Shown here: piece by piece, positions 19,031-30,100 of the stretch
Layout: every line of letters starts with the position of its first letter
Numbering within the stretch: the stretch's first letter is position 1
NCBI GenBank assembly: GCA_965279375.1
Contig: OZ257156.1
Coordinates: 3,200,001-3,264,000, forward strand
DNA: 64,000 bases
Reading direction: 5' to 3'
DNA from: Gemmatimonas sp.
GTDB lineage: Bacteria; Gemmatimonadota; Gemmatimonadetes; Gemmatimonadales; Gemmatimonadaceae
Notes under the pieces: generated by a model
Databases searched by the model: none
Told to the model about the DNA's origin: nothing
What the model saw: the letters and a program-made list of their open reading frames with translations, nothing else
Translations under genes and position numbers: made by a program

Positions 19031-19864
19031 TTACTTGGAAGCGCTCGCCGTCTTCGCGTTGTGCTTGCGGAGATAGAGGTTCAGCGAGCCGATCGAGAGC
19101 TTCGACTTGAGCTGCACCATCACGCGAGCGTCGTCGTCGGTGATCCAGATCTCCGCTTTGCCGTTCTCGCTGAACAGCCCCTTGGTCTTGAACGTCGGCT
19201 GCAACACGACGGTCTTGAAGCTTCCGGCCGGCGTCTGAATCACCTCACGACGCACGACCTTGATGCGCACCGGATTGGCATCCGGATTGAAGTAGCGTGA
19301 GAACGAATAGGTCGCGCCGACCTCGAGGGGGATGGTGCGCACGAAATACAGGAACGAGCCGTCGTCGAGCGGATTGGCTACCGTCGGTTGTTCCGGCTTG
19401 TCGTTCTGCTGATACATGCCGCGCTCGGGGAACATCTCGTAGTGGCGCTTCGGCTTGTAGTTGCCTTCCTCGATGTCCTGATGGAAACGGCGCGACGTCA
19501 GCGTGGTCACGTCAAACCACGACTCGTACTTGTCGTTCACCTTGTAAAACGGCACGCTGCCACCCACGAGAAACATCGTGTGCCACGACGACTTGCCGCG
19601 CACGTCGGTGATGTCGAGCACTTCCATGCTGGCGCTGCCCACCTTGAGCGCACCGAACTTCACGTCGTACTCGAGCTTCTCGCCCACGAAGAACGGCACC
19701 TTCATCGCGTCGGTCGATACCCGCGCCCCGGCAGTGCTCGGGGCAAACGAGTCCACTACCTGCGCCGACAGCGCGGTCGCCGGCACGCTCAGCGCGAGTG
19801 TCGCGGAGAGCGCGAACCGGCGGAGCGCCGGGAGAGTCGGGAGGTTACGTGCTGCGAGAGCCAT
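19031..19864 (-). CDS. DUF3108-like secreted protein
   Basis: Signal peptide; PF.VGEKLEYDVKFG, LDDGSFLYFVR, TPAGSFKT, IWITDD..R; start uncertain. Confidence 0.7.
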   Translation of the reverse strand: MALAARNLPTLPALRRFALSATLALSVPATALSAQVVDSFAPSTAGARVSTDAMKVPFFVGEKLEYDVKFGALKVGSASMEVLDITDVRGKSSWHTMFLVGGSVPFYKVNDKYESWFDVTTLTSRRFHQDIEEGNYKPKRHYEMFPERGMYQQNDKPEQPTVANPLDDGSFLYFVRTIPLEVGATYSFSRYFNPDANPVRIKVVRREVIQTPAGSFKTVVLQPTFKTKGLFSENGKAEIWITDDDARVMVQLKSKLSIGSLNLYLRKHNAKTASASK

Positions 19865-19972
19865 GAAGGCGGGGGCCAGAAGGCGAGAACCGTTGAGCAC
19901 CTGCTCCGCTACGGCATGGTGCGCATTCGCGCGACATGCTCCAGTGGACGCAACCATTACCCCTGCCGGTAC

Positions 19973-19994
19973 AAAAAGGGCCGAGCCCAGCCCC
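19973..19994 (-). terminator. Intrinsic terminator after ychF
   Basis: GGGCTG-GGCT-CGGCCC followed by TTTTT on the minus strand. Confidence 0.6.
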
Positions 19995-20020
19995 GGAGGG
20001 TCACAACCATCGTAGCATTG

Positions 20021-21121
20021 CTACACGTTGAAGCGGAACAGCAGCACGTCACCATCCTGCACCACGTACTCCTTTCCTTCCGAGCGGACCACGCCCTTTT
20101 CCTTGGCCGTTTTCCAGCCGCTGTACGTGATGAAGTCCGCAAAGGATGCGGTTTCGGCGCGAATGAACCCGCGCTCGAAGTCGGTGTGGATGACGCCCGC
20201 CGCCTGTGGAGCGGTGAAGCCGCGATGGATCGTCCATGCCCGAACTTCCTTCTCACCTGCCGTGAAATACGTCTGCAGGCCGAGCAGGTGGTAACCGGCG
20301 AGAATCAGCCGGTCGAGGCCCGCTGTTTCGAGGCCCAGCGACGAGAGGAACTCCTTGCGCTCTTCCATCGGCAGCTCCGCCAGCTCCGCTTCGATCTTGG
20401 CAGAGAAGGGCACGATCTCCGAGTGTTCGCCCGTCGCGGCCACCGCTGCGCGCAACGCCACGAGGTACTTGCCTTCGTCCCCCGCCAACTCGGCGTCGGT
20501 CACGTTGGCCGCATACAGCACCGGCTTGGCGGTGATGAGCTGCATGTGCTGGAGCTTGGCCATCTGCTCGTCGGAGAGCCCCGCGCGCAGCAGCGGCTTG
20601 CCGTCGGAGAGCGCGGCGAATGCCGCTTCGAGCGCGGGCAGTTCCGCGAGCGCTTCCTTGTCCGCCGCCTTGGCCGAGCGCTTCACCTTGTCGAGTCGCT
20701 TCTCGACCGTGGCGAGATCGCTCAAGGCGAGCTCCAACTCGATGATTTCCTTGTCGCGCGCAGGATCGGGGCTGCCCATGACGTGCGTGACGTCCGGGTC
20801 CTCGAAGCAGCGGATCACGTGCACGATCGCGTCGGTCTCGCGGATATTCTGCAGGAACTTGTTGCCCAGCCCTTCACCCGCGGACGCGCCGGCGACGAGA
20901 CCCGCGATATCCACGAACTGCACGACGGCCGGGACCGTACGCTGCGGCTGCACGACGACGGCCAACTGGTCGAGGCGCGTGTCCGGCACTTCGACCATGC
21001 CCACGTTCGGCTCGACGGTGCAGAACGGATAGTTCGCAGCTTCGGCCTTCGCGGCAGTGAGCGCGTTGAACAACGTGGACTTGCCCACGTTGGGGAGACC
21101 GACGATACCAAGACGAAGCAC
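20021..21121 (-). CDS. ychF: Redox-regulated ribosome-binding ATPase YchF
   Basis: GIVGLPNVGKST, ANYPFCT, DIAGLV, GEGLGNKFL, TGS domain ending FRFNV. Confidence 0.98.
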   Translation of the reverse strand: MLRLGIVGLPNVGKSTLFNALTAAKAEAANYPFCTVEPNVGMVEVPDTRLDQLAVVVQPQRTVPAVVQFVDIAGLVAGASAGEGLGNKFLQNIRETDAIVHVIRCFEDPDVTHVMGSPDPARDKEIIELELALSDLATVEKRLDKVKRSAKAADKEALAELPALEAAFAALSDGKPLLRAGLSDEQMAKLQHMQLITAKPVLYAANVTDAELAGDEGKYLVALRAAVAATGEHSEIVPFSAKIEAELAELPMEERKEFLSSLGLETAGLDRLILAGYHLLGLQTYFTAGEKEVRAWTIHRGFTAPQAAGVIHTDFERGFIRAETASFADFITYSGWKTAKEKGVVRSEGKEYVVQDGDVLLFRFNV

Positions 21122-21235
21122 GAGTCAGGAGGACGACGGGAATTGAAGTGCTGCGGCGGAACGCGCGTGGCGCGTGCCGCGAGACGTGACCAACGCCGAA
21201 ATCTAACGGCGGAGGGAATAGGGGAGCGGTCACAC

Positions 21236-21275
21236 AAGAAACGGGGACGCCGGCAGCCTGCCCGCGTCCCCGTTT
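21236..21275 (-). terminator. Intrinsic terminator after M28 peptidase gene
   Basis: AAACGGGGACGC ... GCGTCCCCGTTT perfect 12-bp stem with TTTCTTG tail on the minus strand. Confidence 0.75.
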
Positions 21276-21297
21276 GTCCATCAGAACCTCCTGCTGC

Positions 21298-23019
21298 TTA
21301 CTGCTGGCAGGTGCCCTTCGGATTCGGCTTCGGCTGGTCCACCACCAGACGCGGTCCGCGATTGCCGATCGTCACGGCGAGATCGGCAACGAACTTGCCG
21401 ATGCGCGCCATGTGCGGGTAGTCGATGTATTGCGGCTCGTCGGTGAGCTGGTGGTAGTCGGAGTGACCACCCGTCGTGAAGAACGCGATGGGGATGCCGT
21501 AGCGCGCGTACTCGTAGTGATCGCTGCGGCAGTAGATGTTCATCGGGTGACCGTTCGCATCGAGCGACATGTCGAACGAGAGCTTATGCTTGCCCGAGAC
21601 GTTGACTTCGTCGATGAGATTGCCGAGCTCAGTCGAGAGACGGCGTGCGCCGATCACCTGCAGGTAGTCCGGATTGCCGTGCAGCACGGCGCCTTCCTTT
21701 GTGGCACCGGTCACGTCCCACGCGTTGCCACGGCCGACCATGTCCATGTTGAGCTGCGCGACGATGGAATCGCGCGAGACGGTCGGATGATCGGTGAACC
21801 ACTCCGATCCCCACAGGCCTTTCTCCTCACCCACGTGCCAGACGAATAGCGTCGAGCGCTTCGGCTTGGTCTTGAGTGAGGCCATGTACTCCGCGATTTC
21901 CAGCACGGCCACGGAGCCCGAGCCGTCGTCGTCCGCACCGTTGAAGATCGAGTCGGGACGCGCCGGGTGCGTCTTCCGCCACTCGGCCAGCTCCGCGTTG
22001 ATCTGCGTCTGCTGTTCCGGGGTGGGGCGCTTGTTGCCGTCCTCCGCGCCGCCCGGGCGCACGAGATGCGTGAGGATGCGCAGCGAGTCATGATCGACGA
22101 CGCGCGTGGTCATCCCGACGTGATCGTTGTGCGCGCCGACCGCGACGTACTGCGCCTTGAGCTTGGGATCGCTGCCGGGGAGAATCGCCACGACGTTGCG
22201 CGCCGGGAATTCGATGGGCACAACGGAGAGGACCGCGTTCACCGAGGACTTGGCGCCGAGCGTGCCGAGCTTGAGTTCGTTGAGGGGCGTGGTGAATAGC
22301 TTGGTGGCGGCACCCGCATTCACGAAGAGGCGCACGCCTTCCGACTCGCCGTCGTCCTTGAAGGTCGAGCTGTTCTTCAGGAAGTTGACGATCTGCGGCA
22401 GCACTGGCGGCGGCATGAGAATGACGACGCCCGCGGCACCGGTCGGCGTGAAACCACCGCCTACGACTGCGCGATTGATCGCTTCGTTGGTGAGGGGCAC
22501 GGTGAGCACCACCAGCTTGCCCGCCGCCTGTTCAGCGGTGAGCTGCAACGAATCACCCAACGCGCCGCCGTAGATCACGTCCACGTCGGCCTTGTTGAGA
22601 GTGGTGTTGCCCATCGGCATCCACTCGGTGCCGAAGGCCAGCGATGCACCGCCAGCGATGAAGCTCGACATCGGATCGATCGTGCGCTTCTTGAGCGGCA
22701 GCGTCTGGAAGTAGGTGCCATTCTCACCGGCCGGGACCAGACCGATGCGCTTGACCTCAGCGGCCAGGTAGTCGGTGCCCATGGTGTTGCCCTTCGTGCC
22801 CGCGTCGCGCCCCATCATCGAGTCGTCGGCGAAGATGTACAGGCGCGTCATCAGGTCTTCGACGGAGATCGCGGCCTTGGTGGGCTTGGGCGCGAGCTTG
22901 AGCGGCAGCGTGGTGGCCGGTGCCGGAATGATCGCGATCGGCGTGGCCTTGGCAGGTTCCTGCGCGGCCAGCAGCGTCGGGAGCAGCGCTGCTGCAGAGA
23001 GCAGTGAAAGTCGGTTCAT
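21298..23019 (-). CDS. Secreted M28 family metallo-aminopeptidase
   Basis: Signal peptide MNRLSLL..LAA-Q; GAHNDH, NGADDDGSG, GEEKGLWGS, NMDMVGR, RSDH, DYH. Confidence 0.92.
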   Translation of the reverse strand: MNRLSLLSAAALLPTLLAAQEPAKATPIAIIPAPATTLPLKLAPKPTKAAISVEDLMTRLYIFADDSMMGRDAGTKGNTMGTDYLAAEVKRIGLVPAGENGTYFQTLPLKKRTIDPMSSFIAGGASLAFGTEWMPMGNTTLNKADVDVIYGGALGDSLQLTAEQAAGKLVVLTVPLTNEAINRAVVGGGFTPTGAAGVVILMPPPVLPQIVNFLKNSSTFKDDGESEGVRLFVNAGAATKLFTTPLNELKLGTLGAKSSVNAVLSVVPIEFPARNVVAILPGSDPKLKAQYVAVGAHNDHVGMTTRVVDHDSLRILTHLVRPGGAEDGNKRPTPEQQTQINAELAEWRKTHPARPDSIFNGADDDGSGSVAVLEIAEYMASLKTKPKRSTLFVWHVGEEKGLWGSEWFTDHPTVSRDSIVAQLNMDMVGRGNAWDVTGATKEGAVLHGNPDYLQVIGARRLSTELGNLIDEVNVSGKHKLSFDMSLDANGHPMNIYCRSDHYEYARYGIPIAFFTTGGHSDYHQLTDEPQYIDYPHMARIGKFVADLAVTIGNRGPRLVVDQPKPNPKGTCQQ

Positions 23020-23068
23020 CGATGGGATGGTGATGGACGTGCAGTAGTCGAGCAGTAGACAGAAAACG

Positions 23069-24385
23069 TCAGGGCGAGACAATCGGCGCCTTGTACACCA
23101 CACCGCCCTTCATGACAAACGCAACTTTGGCCAGCCTGGTTACATCGTCCAACGGGTTCCCCTGTACGGCCACGATATCGGCGAGCTTCCCGGCGCTGAC
23201 ACTGCCGATGTCCTTCTCGGCGCCCAAGAGCGTGGCCGCGTTCATGGTGCCGATGGTGATCGCGTCCATCGGTGTCGCGCCAAGGATGTCCACCATGTAC
23301 TTGAACTCCTCGCCATTGCGGCCGTGGATGTCGCTGGTGGCGTCGGTGCCCAGGGCGAACTTGACGCCGCTCTGATACGCCTTGCGCAGGCGGATACGGC
23401 GGTCACCGGCGATGGCTTTGGCCTTGGCGACGGAGTTGGCCGGCACGCCTTTACGAGCGCCGTCGGTGACGATCTCCTCGAGGATGATGAGCGTGGGCAC
23501 GAGATAGGTGCCGTGCTGCTTCATGAGGGCGATGCCTTCATCGTCCACGAGGCTGCCGTGCTCGATGCTGGCGACACCCGCGCGCACCGCGGCGTTGAGA
23601 CCTTCGCCGGCGTGCGCGTGCGCCATGACTTTGCGACCCAGTCGCGTGGCTTCGTCCACGACGGCCTTGAGTTCTTCATCGCTGAACTGCTTGGCGCCTA
23701 CGGCATCGCCGACCGAGAGAATACCGCCGGTGGCGACGACCTTGATCTGATCGGCGCCGTACTTGACGTTGAGTCGCACCTGCTTGCGTGCTTCGTCCAC
23801 GCCGTCGACGATCGCACCTGTGCCGGGAATCTTGAGCATCGGACTCCAGCCGTTCACGTCGGCATGGCCACCCGTGCTGCCGAGTGCGGGGCCGGCCGCG
23901 TGAATGCGCGGGCCGGGGATGAGACCGCGATTGACCGCGTCGCGCACGACCGCGTCCACGTAGTCGGTGCTGCCCGCTTCGCGCACGGTGGTGAAGCCGG
24001 CGTCGAGTGCTTTCTTCGCGTTGATGGTGGCGTAGATCGCCCCATGTGCCGCGGTTTCCTTGAGCACCGCCAGGTCGCCGCCATCGTTGTCGATGGAGGT
24101 GAGATGCGTGTGCATGTCGATGAAGCCCGGGAGCAGGGTATATCCCGTGAGGTCGACGACTTTGGCGCCGGCGGGAATCTTCACCTGTGCTGCGGTACCG
24201 ACGGCGGTGATCCGTTCGCCGTCGATGAGCACGACCGGCGAGGCGACCTGCGTGCCGTCGCCGATGATGAGTCGTGACGCCTTGATGGCGGTGACGGGAC
24301 CGGCAGCGGGTCGTTGAGCCAGCGCGGGCGTCGCGGCCAGCAGCAGCGACGCGGCGAGACGAAGTGCGGAGCGAAGTGGGTGCAT
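23069..24385 (-). CDS. Secreted metal-dependent amidohydrolase (Xaa-Pro dipeptidase-like subgroup)
   Basis: Signal peptide (PALA-Q); PGFIDMHTH, GFTTVR, TGGHAD, AHAH, SIEHG, GTDA, GKLADIVAV. Confidence 0.9.
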   Translation of the reverse strand: MHPLRSALRLAASLLLAATPALAQRPAAGPVTAIKASRLIIGDGTQVASPVVLIDGERITAVGTAAQVKIPAGAKVVDLTGYTLLPGFIDMHTHLTSIDNDGGDLAVLKETAAHGAIYATINAKKALDAGFTTVREAGSTDYVDAVVRDAVNRGLIPGPRIHAAGPALGSTGGHADVNGWSPMLKIPGTGAIVDGVDEARKQVRLNVKYGADQIKVVATGGILSVGDAVGAKQFSDEELKAVVDEATRLGRKVMAHAHAGEGLNAAVRAGVASIEHGSLVDDEGIALMKQHGTYLVPTLIILEEIVTDGARKGVPANSVAKAKAIAGDRRIRLRKAYQSGVKFALGTDATSDIHGRNGEEFKYMVDILGATPMDAITIGTMNAATLLGAEKDIGSVSAGKLADIVAVQGNPLDDVTRLAKVAFVMKGGVVYKAPIVSP

Positions 24386-24395
24386 GGGACGAAAG

Positions 24396-24968
24396 CTACC
24401 GCCCCATCGCACTCACCGCCTTCTCCGTGCCGTCGGTCAGCCACAGTTCGATGGCCTTCACCATGCGTTCATACTGCGCCTCCACCAACTCGCGCTCATC
24501 ACGCGGCATGGTGTGCAGCACGAAGTCGGCGAGGTCGCCGATCGTGCGCCGCTCGTCCACCGGGCGAATGCCGATTCGCAGTCGTGGATAGGCGGCCGAC
24601 TTGAGATGCGCCTCGATGCTCTTGAGGCCATTGTGTCCGCCGGGGCTGCCGGCGGCGCGCAGGCGATACTCGCCGGCAGGGACGGCCACTTCATCGACGA
24701 TGACCATGAGGTCCTGCGCGGCGTTGAAGCCTTCGCGTTTGAGATACGGGCGCAGCACGCTACCGCTCAGGTTCATGTACGTCTGCGGCTTGACGAGCCG
24801 CACTTTCTTGGTGCCCACGAGCCCTGTCGAGGTGAGCGCTTCGCCATCCTTGCGCCACGCGTCGAAGTGCCAGGTGCGTGCGAGATGATCGACGAGCCAC
24901 CAGCCGACGTTGTGGCGGGTGTCCTCGTACTCGCGGCCGGGATTGCCGAGTCCAACGATGACTTTCAT
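24396..24968 (-). CDS. pth: Peptidyl-tRNA hydrolase
   Basis: IVGLGNPG..Y..TRHNVG, KPQTYMNLSG, GGHNGLKSI, RLRIGI. Confidence 0.97.
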   Translation of the reverse strand: MKVIVGLGNPGREYEDTRHNVGWWLVDHLARTWHFDAWRKDGEALTSTGLVGTKKVRLVKPQTYMNLSGSVLRPYLKREGFNAAQDLMVIVDEVAVPAGEYRLRAAGSPGGHNGLKSIEAHLKSAAYPRLRIGIRPVDERRTIGDLADFVLHTMPRDERELVEAQYERMVKAIELWLTDGTEKAVSAMGR

Positions 24969-25061
24969 GCGGGGAAGACGCGCGGGGCGCGGTACGCGCC
25001 AGCGTGGAGTGACCATGCTGAGTGCGGACCGCGCCCCGTCGTGAAGAAGAACGACGACGAC

Positions 25062-25703
25062 TTACTTCGTGTCGTCCGGCTTGACCTTACGAATGAGCTC
25101 AGGCTCGGCGATGCTGCTCTCCGAGGTGGCCGCTTCGATGCTGGCACGCGACTGACCGATGACGCAGACCGTGGCGCCGGCATCGTCGAGCACCTTGATG
25201 CCCGCGGGGAGCACGAGGTCGGCGACGTGCAGCGACTTGCCGACGTGCAGGCCCGTGACATCGACGTCGATGTGGTTCGGGATGTTGGACGGATCGACCG
25301 AGATGTGCAGCTGGTGCATGACCTGGTCGAGGATGCCGCCTTCGGTGCGCACGCCGTACGGAACGCCGACGTACACGATCGGGCAATGCACGTTGATCGT
25401 CTCACCAGTCACCAGCTCCTGGAAGTCGATGTGCATGATCTGCTTCTTGAACGGGTGGCGCTGCACTTCGCGGATGAGCGTCTTGGAGACGGCACCATCG
25501 ATATTGAGCTCGATCACCGTGGCGCCCGTCGAGATACGCTGCAGGAGACGGTCGGTCTCGCGCGCATTGATGGTGAGCGACATCGGCTGACGGCCATGGC
25601 CGTAGATGACGGCGGGAATGCTGCCGGCCTGGCGGAGCTTACGGGCCGCGCCCTTTCCGTTCTCGGAGCGGGCGGTGGCGTTGAGGGTAGCGCTTGCGGT
25701 CAT
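25062..25703 (-). CDS. rplY: 50S ribosomal protein L25 / general stress protein Ctc (long form)
   Basis: GKGAARKLR..G.IPAVIYG, QRHP...HIDF, GV..GG.L, EPE; position between prs and pth. Confidence 0.95.
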   Translation of the reverse strand: MTASATLNATARSENGKGAARKLRQAGSIPAVIYGHGRQPMSLTINARETDRLLQRISTGATVIELNIDGAVSKTLIREVQRHPFKKQIMHIDFQELVTGETINVHCPIVYVGVPYGVRTEGGILDQVMHQLHISVDPSNIPNHIDVDVTGLHVGKSLHVADLVLPAGIKVLDDAGATVCVIGQSRASIEAATSESSIAEPELIRKVKPDDTK

Positions 25704-25812
25704 GCGAATATCCTGTGTGTGATAAGGTGGCGCGGGAGTAGCGACTGGTTGCCGTCCCGCCGCTCGACTACGGACACTTCACCTGCAACTGCAACAACAC
25801 CTGCAATCTCGA

Positions 25813-26763
25813 CTACTCGAACAGCACGCTGACCGACTGGTCGGCGTTGGTAAAGCGAATGGCTTTCGCCAGCAGCTCGCCCACGGACAGCACGCGCAGC
25901 GACGGGAAGCGACGCTCCGCGGGAAGATTGATGGAATCGGTGACGACGACTTCGGTGATGGGCGCATTGGCGAGGCGCTCGACGGCCGGACCGCTGAAGA
26001 GCGCGTGCGTGGCGCACACATAGATGTCGTTGGCGCCCAGCTTCTTGAGCGCGCGCGCGGCCTCGGACACGGTACCGGCGGTGTCGATCATGTCGTCGGG
26101 GATCAGGCAATCGCGTCCCTCGACGTCTCCGACGACGTTCACGACTTCGGCCACATTGGCCTTGGGGCGACGCTTGTCGATGATGGCGAAGGTGGCGTCG
26201 AGGCGCTTGGCGAATCCGCGGGCCATCTTGGCGGAGCCGACATCGGGCGCGACGACGCAGAGGTCCTTGAGGCCCTTGCGACGGAAGTAGTTCGTGAAGA
26301 CCGGCGCGGCGTACAAGTGATCCACCGGCACGTCGAAGAAGCCCTGTAGCTGGTGCGCGTGCAGATCGAGGCCGAGGACGCGATCTGCGCCGGCCTTTTC
26401 GATCATGTTGGCAATCAGCTTGGCGCCGATCGCGACGCGCGGCTGATCCTTGCGGTCCTGTCGGGCGTAGCCGAAGTAGGGCAGGACCGCGGTGACGCGG
26501 GCGGCCGAGGCGCGTCGCGCGGCGTCGATCAGCAGCAGCATCTCGAGCACGTTCTCTGCCGGCGGATTCGTGGACTGCACCACGAAGACGTCCGCACCGC
26601 GGATGTTCTCGTCGATGCGCACGAAGATCTCACCATCCGCGAAGCGCGAGCACGTCACCTTGCACGCTTCGACTCCAAGGTGGCGGGCCACCTCATCGAC
26701 GAGCGGTTGGTTGGACGTACCCGAGAGGATCTTGAAGCCACGCGACGAGGAGAGCCCGTCCAT
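25813..26763 (-). CDS. prs: Ribose-phosphate pyrophosphokinase
   Basis: RFADGEI, PYFGYARQDRK, DLHAHQLQGFFD, APDVG, DDMIDTAGT. Confidence 0.98.
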   Translation of the reverse strand: MDGLSSSRGFKILSGTSNQPLVDEVARHLGVEACKVTCSRFADGEIFVRIDENIRGADVFVVQSTNPPAENVLEMLLLIDAARRASAARVTAVLPYFGYARQDRKDQPRVAIGAKLIANMIEKAGADRVLGLDLHAHQLQGFFDVPVDHLYAAPVFTNYFRRKGLKDLCVVAPDVGSAKMARGFAKRLDATFAIIDKRRPKANVAEVVNVVGDVEGRDCLIPDDMIDTAGTVSEAARALKKLGANDIYVCATHALFSGPAVERLANAPITEVVVTDSINLPAERRFPSLRVLSVGELLAKAIRFTNADQSVSVLFE

Positions 26764-27111
26764 GCGAGTGAATCCCTGAGAAGGCAAGGCGTCGATACCG
26801 GAGCATAGCGAAGGGGGCGGAGTGTCACCGGTACCTCGTTGGTGAGGCGCGGCGTCTCCGTCCCGGAACATTGCAGCCTTTAAAAGTAGCCTCACCGCGC
26901 TCTGACCGGGAGTGGCAAACTCAGCCGGGAAAGGCTTTCTGCGGGCTGCGCAGGAGCGTCTGGCGAGAGGAACGGAGCGGCCGGACCGTGCCAGCTCCGT
27001 GACAGCGTCGTGGCGTTCCAGAGACCGCTTGATAACCCGACGCGCCGAGACTCCGCCGGCTTACGCAGGTCGTCCCTCTCGTCATCAGTCGGCTCCCCAA
27101 ATCGCACCCGA

Positions 27112-30100
27112 ATGCTCCTGAGTCTCTTGTCCAATCGTCGGCGGCTCGCGCCGCTGGCCCTGCTGTTCACCCTCGGCGGAACAGCGAAGGCGGTCGCCGC
27201 CCAGGCCACCGAGGGTTTCGTGGCCGGAACGGTTCGTGCCGCCGCCGGCGCGCCCGTCGTGGGTGCTACGGTAACCGCCCGCAATGAAGCCACCGGCACG
27301 CAGCAGGTCCGCCAGACCGACGCGCGCGGTCGGTATGTTTTCGCGCAGCTCCCGATCGGCGGACCGTACACGCTGTCCGTACGCCAGCTCGGCTTCCGGC
27401 CGGCACGGCGCACCGGACTGATGCTCAATCTTGGTGACCGTGTGGCGCTGGACATTTCCCTTGACGTTTCCGCGACGGAACTGGCCGCCATCGACGTGAA
27501 GGCAGACCGCGAGAGCAAGCGCGCCGAGCGCGTGGGCGGCAGCACGGTGGTGACGGAGAAGGAGATTCGTCAGCTTCCGATTCAGGACCGCTCCTTCGCC
27601 GATCTGTCGATCCTTGCGCCCACGACGTCGCGCGCCGGCACCGGCGGCATCATCACCTCGTCGTCGAGCATCGCTGGCGGGCGCGTGTCTGGCACGGACA
27701 TTCGCGTGGATGGCGTGCAGGCCAAGAATACGATCTGGGGCGCGGGCTTCGGTCGCGGTCCGTATTCGATCTCGGTGGAAGCGGTGCGCGAGTTCGAAGT
27801 CGTGACGAACGTCTATGACGTCACGCAGGGACGTCAGGGTGCGGGCGCGGTGAACGTGGCGACGCGCGCGGGCACCAACACGACGACCGGCTCGCTGTTC
27901 GTCTACAATCGCAATCAGGACTTCACCACCAAGACGAACTTCCTCGGGCAGAACATCACCAAGTTCGACAACCTGCAGTTTGGTGGCGCGCTTGGTGGTG
28001 CACTGGTGAAGGACAAGCTGCACTACTTCGTGGCGTACGATCGACAGCAGGTGGCCGAGCCGTTCTCGACGCTGCAGGTGGAGAACAACGCCGACTGGGC
28101 GCGATTGCAGGTTGCGCCCGACAGTGTCGCGCGGTTCCTCGACATTCTTCGGCGATCGTATGGACTGCCCACCGGCAAGCAGGCGGGCACGTTCGATCGC
28201 GGCAACACGCTGAACACCGTCTTCACTCGCTTGGACTGGCAGCTCAACGACGCGCACCGAGCGACGTTCCGCACGACCTACTCGGACTTCTTCTACGACA
28301 ACTCGATTCCCGATCGCGAGCTGTCGGTGTTCGAGAGCCGCGGCAATCAGAAGTCGCGTGAGATCCAGTCGATGGCGTCGGTGAAGTCGAACCTGCCGGG
28401 TGCGTGGACCAATGACGCGCGTCTGGCCTACACCAATCGCATCCTGCAGAACGAGCCGAACACGCGCCTGCCGCGCGGCTGGGTGAACGTCTCGTCGGCG
28501 CTGCCCAACGGTGGTACCGGCGCCAACCAGATCCTGCAGTTCGGCGGACAGCGTACGAGCCCTGAGCTGCAGACGGAAGAGTCGTATCAGCTCGTGGATG
28601 TGCTGCGTTGGGATCGCGACAACAGCGCGTTCACCTTCGGTACGGATCACTCGCTCAATAACCTTTCGATGTTCGTCTCCATCGAGACGGACGGACTCTT
28701 TCAGTTCGCCAATCTCGCCGCTCTCGAAGCCAAGCGGCCGTCGTCGTTCGCGCGCCTGGTGCCGCTCAAGGAACTCGAGCCGCGCATGCGGCAGTGGGTG
28801 TACGATGGCGGCGTGTTTGCGCAGGGGGAGTTTCGGTTGCGCCCCAACCTGAACGTGACGGCGGGTTTGCGTGCCGATATGACGGCGTTCCTCACGGGAG
28901 GTAACCCGAACGCCAATGTGGAAGCTGCGTTCGGCAAGCGTACCGACGTCAAGCCGACGGACATCGCGTTGCAGCCGCGCGCGCAGCTCACGTGGACGCC
29001 GGGTACTTCCGGGAAGAATCTGGTTCGCCTGGGCAGCGGCTACTTCACCGCGCAGCCGCACTACATGGCGCACATCAACAACCTGCTCAACGACGGATCG
29101 CAGTTGGCCGACGTGCTGCTCACCGGCGCGGCGGTGCCGACGCCCGACTTCAACGCGTATCGCCAGTCGTTTGCGAACACGCCGGGCATTCCGCAGGGGA
29201 GCGGTGCCCGACCGGCGTACATCAACATGTTCGGCCCCGACTTCAAGGTGCCGCGTACGTGGAAGAGCGACATCGCCTATCAACGCCGTCTCTTCAACGG
29301 CAACCTGACACTCGGCGCGGCCGCGCAGTACGCGCACACGTCGGAGCTGTATCGCTACGTGGACCTCAACCTGCGTGCGACGCCCGACTTCACGCTGGCC
29401 AACGAAGGCAACCGCAGCGTGTTCGTGCCCGCCACGAGCATCACGGCGACGGGTGGGCGCAACCCGGTGCTGGCGCGTCCGTTCGCGCAGTTCCAGCGTG
29501 TGCTCGAGCTGCGCAGCGACGCCGGGCAACACCAGAAGGCCGCGTTCATCGACGCCTCGCTGCGCCTGCCACGCAACGGTTCGATCAGCGGCTCGTTCAC
29601 GCTCAACGAAACGCGTGACAACAGCTCGTTCAACTGCTGCATCGCGATCACGTCGGTGTTCACGCCAGTGCCAAGCGATCCACGCGTGGCCACGTGGGGC
29701 GCAAGCGGTACGGACTTCCGTCACAAGCTGGTGCTCTACGGCGCGACGCCCGAGATCGGTGGCTTCCAGTTGAGCGCGCGCGTGATCGGTCAGTCCGGTT
29801 CGCCGTGGTCGGCCACGGTGGCGCAGGATATCAACGGCGACGACGTGGGCGCGGGAAGCTCGTTCGGCAACCAGAACGATCTGGCCTACATCTTCAATCC
29901 GGCGACGCCGGGGTTGCGACAGGGCTTCGCCGACTCGCTGCGACTTGTCTACAACAACCCGCAGAACATCGGTGGCGAATACCTGCAGGCCAATATCGGC
30001 CGCATCGCGGACCGCAACACGATTCGCAACCCGTTTGTCACGCAGGTGGATGTGCGTGTCTCGCAGAAGCTGCCCACGCTGCGTGGACAGCGCGCCGAGC

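Noticed and set aside
26800..27111. Possible cobalamin riboswitch upstream of the TonB receptor (GGGAAAGG and CCAGAGACC fragments)
   Set aside because: Core elements (CCCGC-ACTGT, GCCACTG, proper B12 box) could not be found in order, and the receptor is Oar-type rather than BtuB; needs an Infernal scan.
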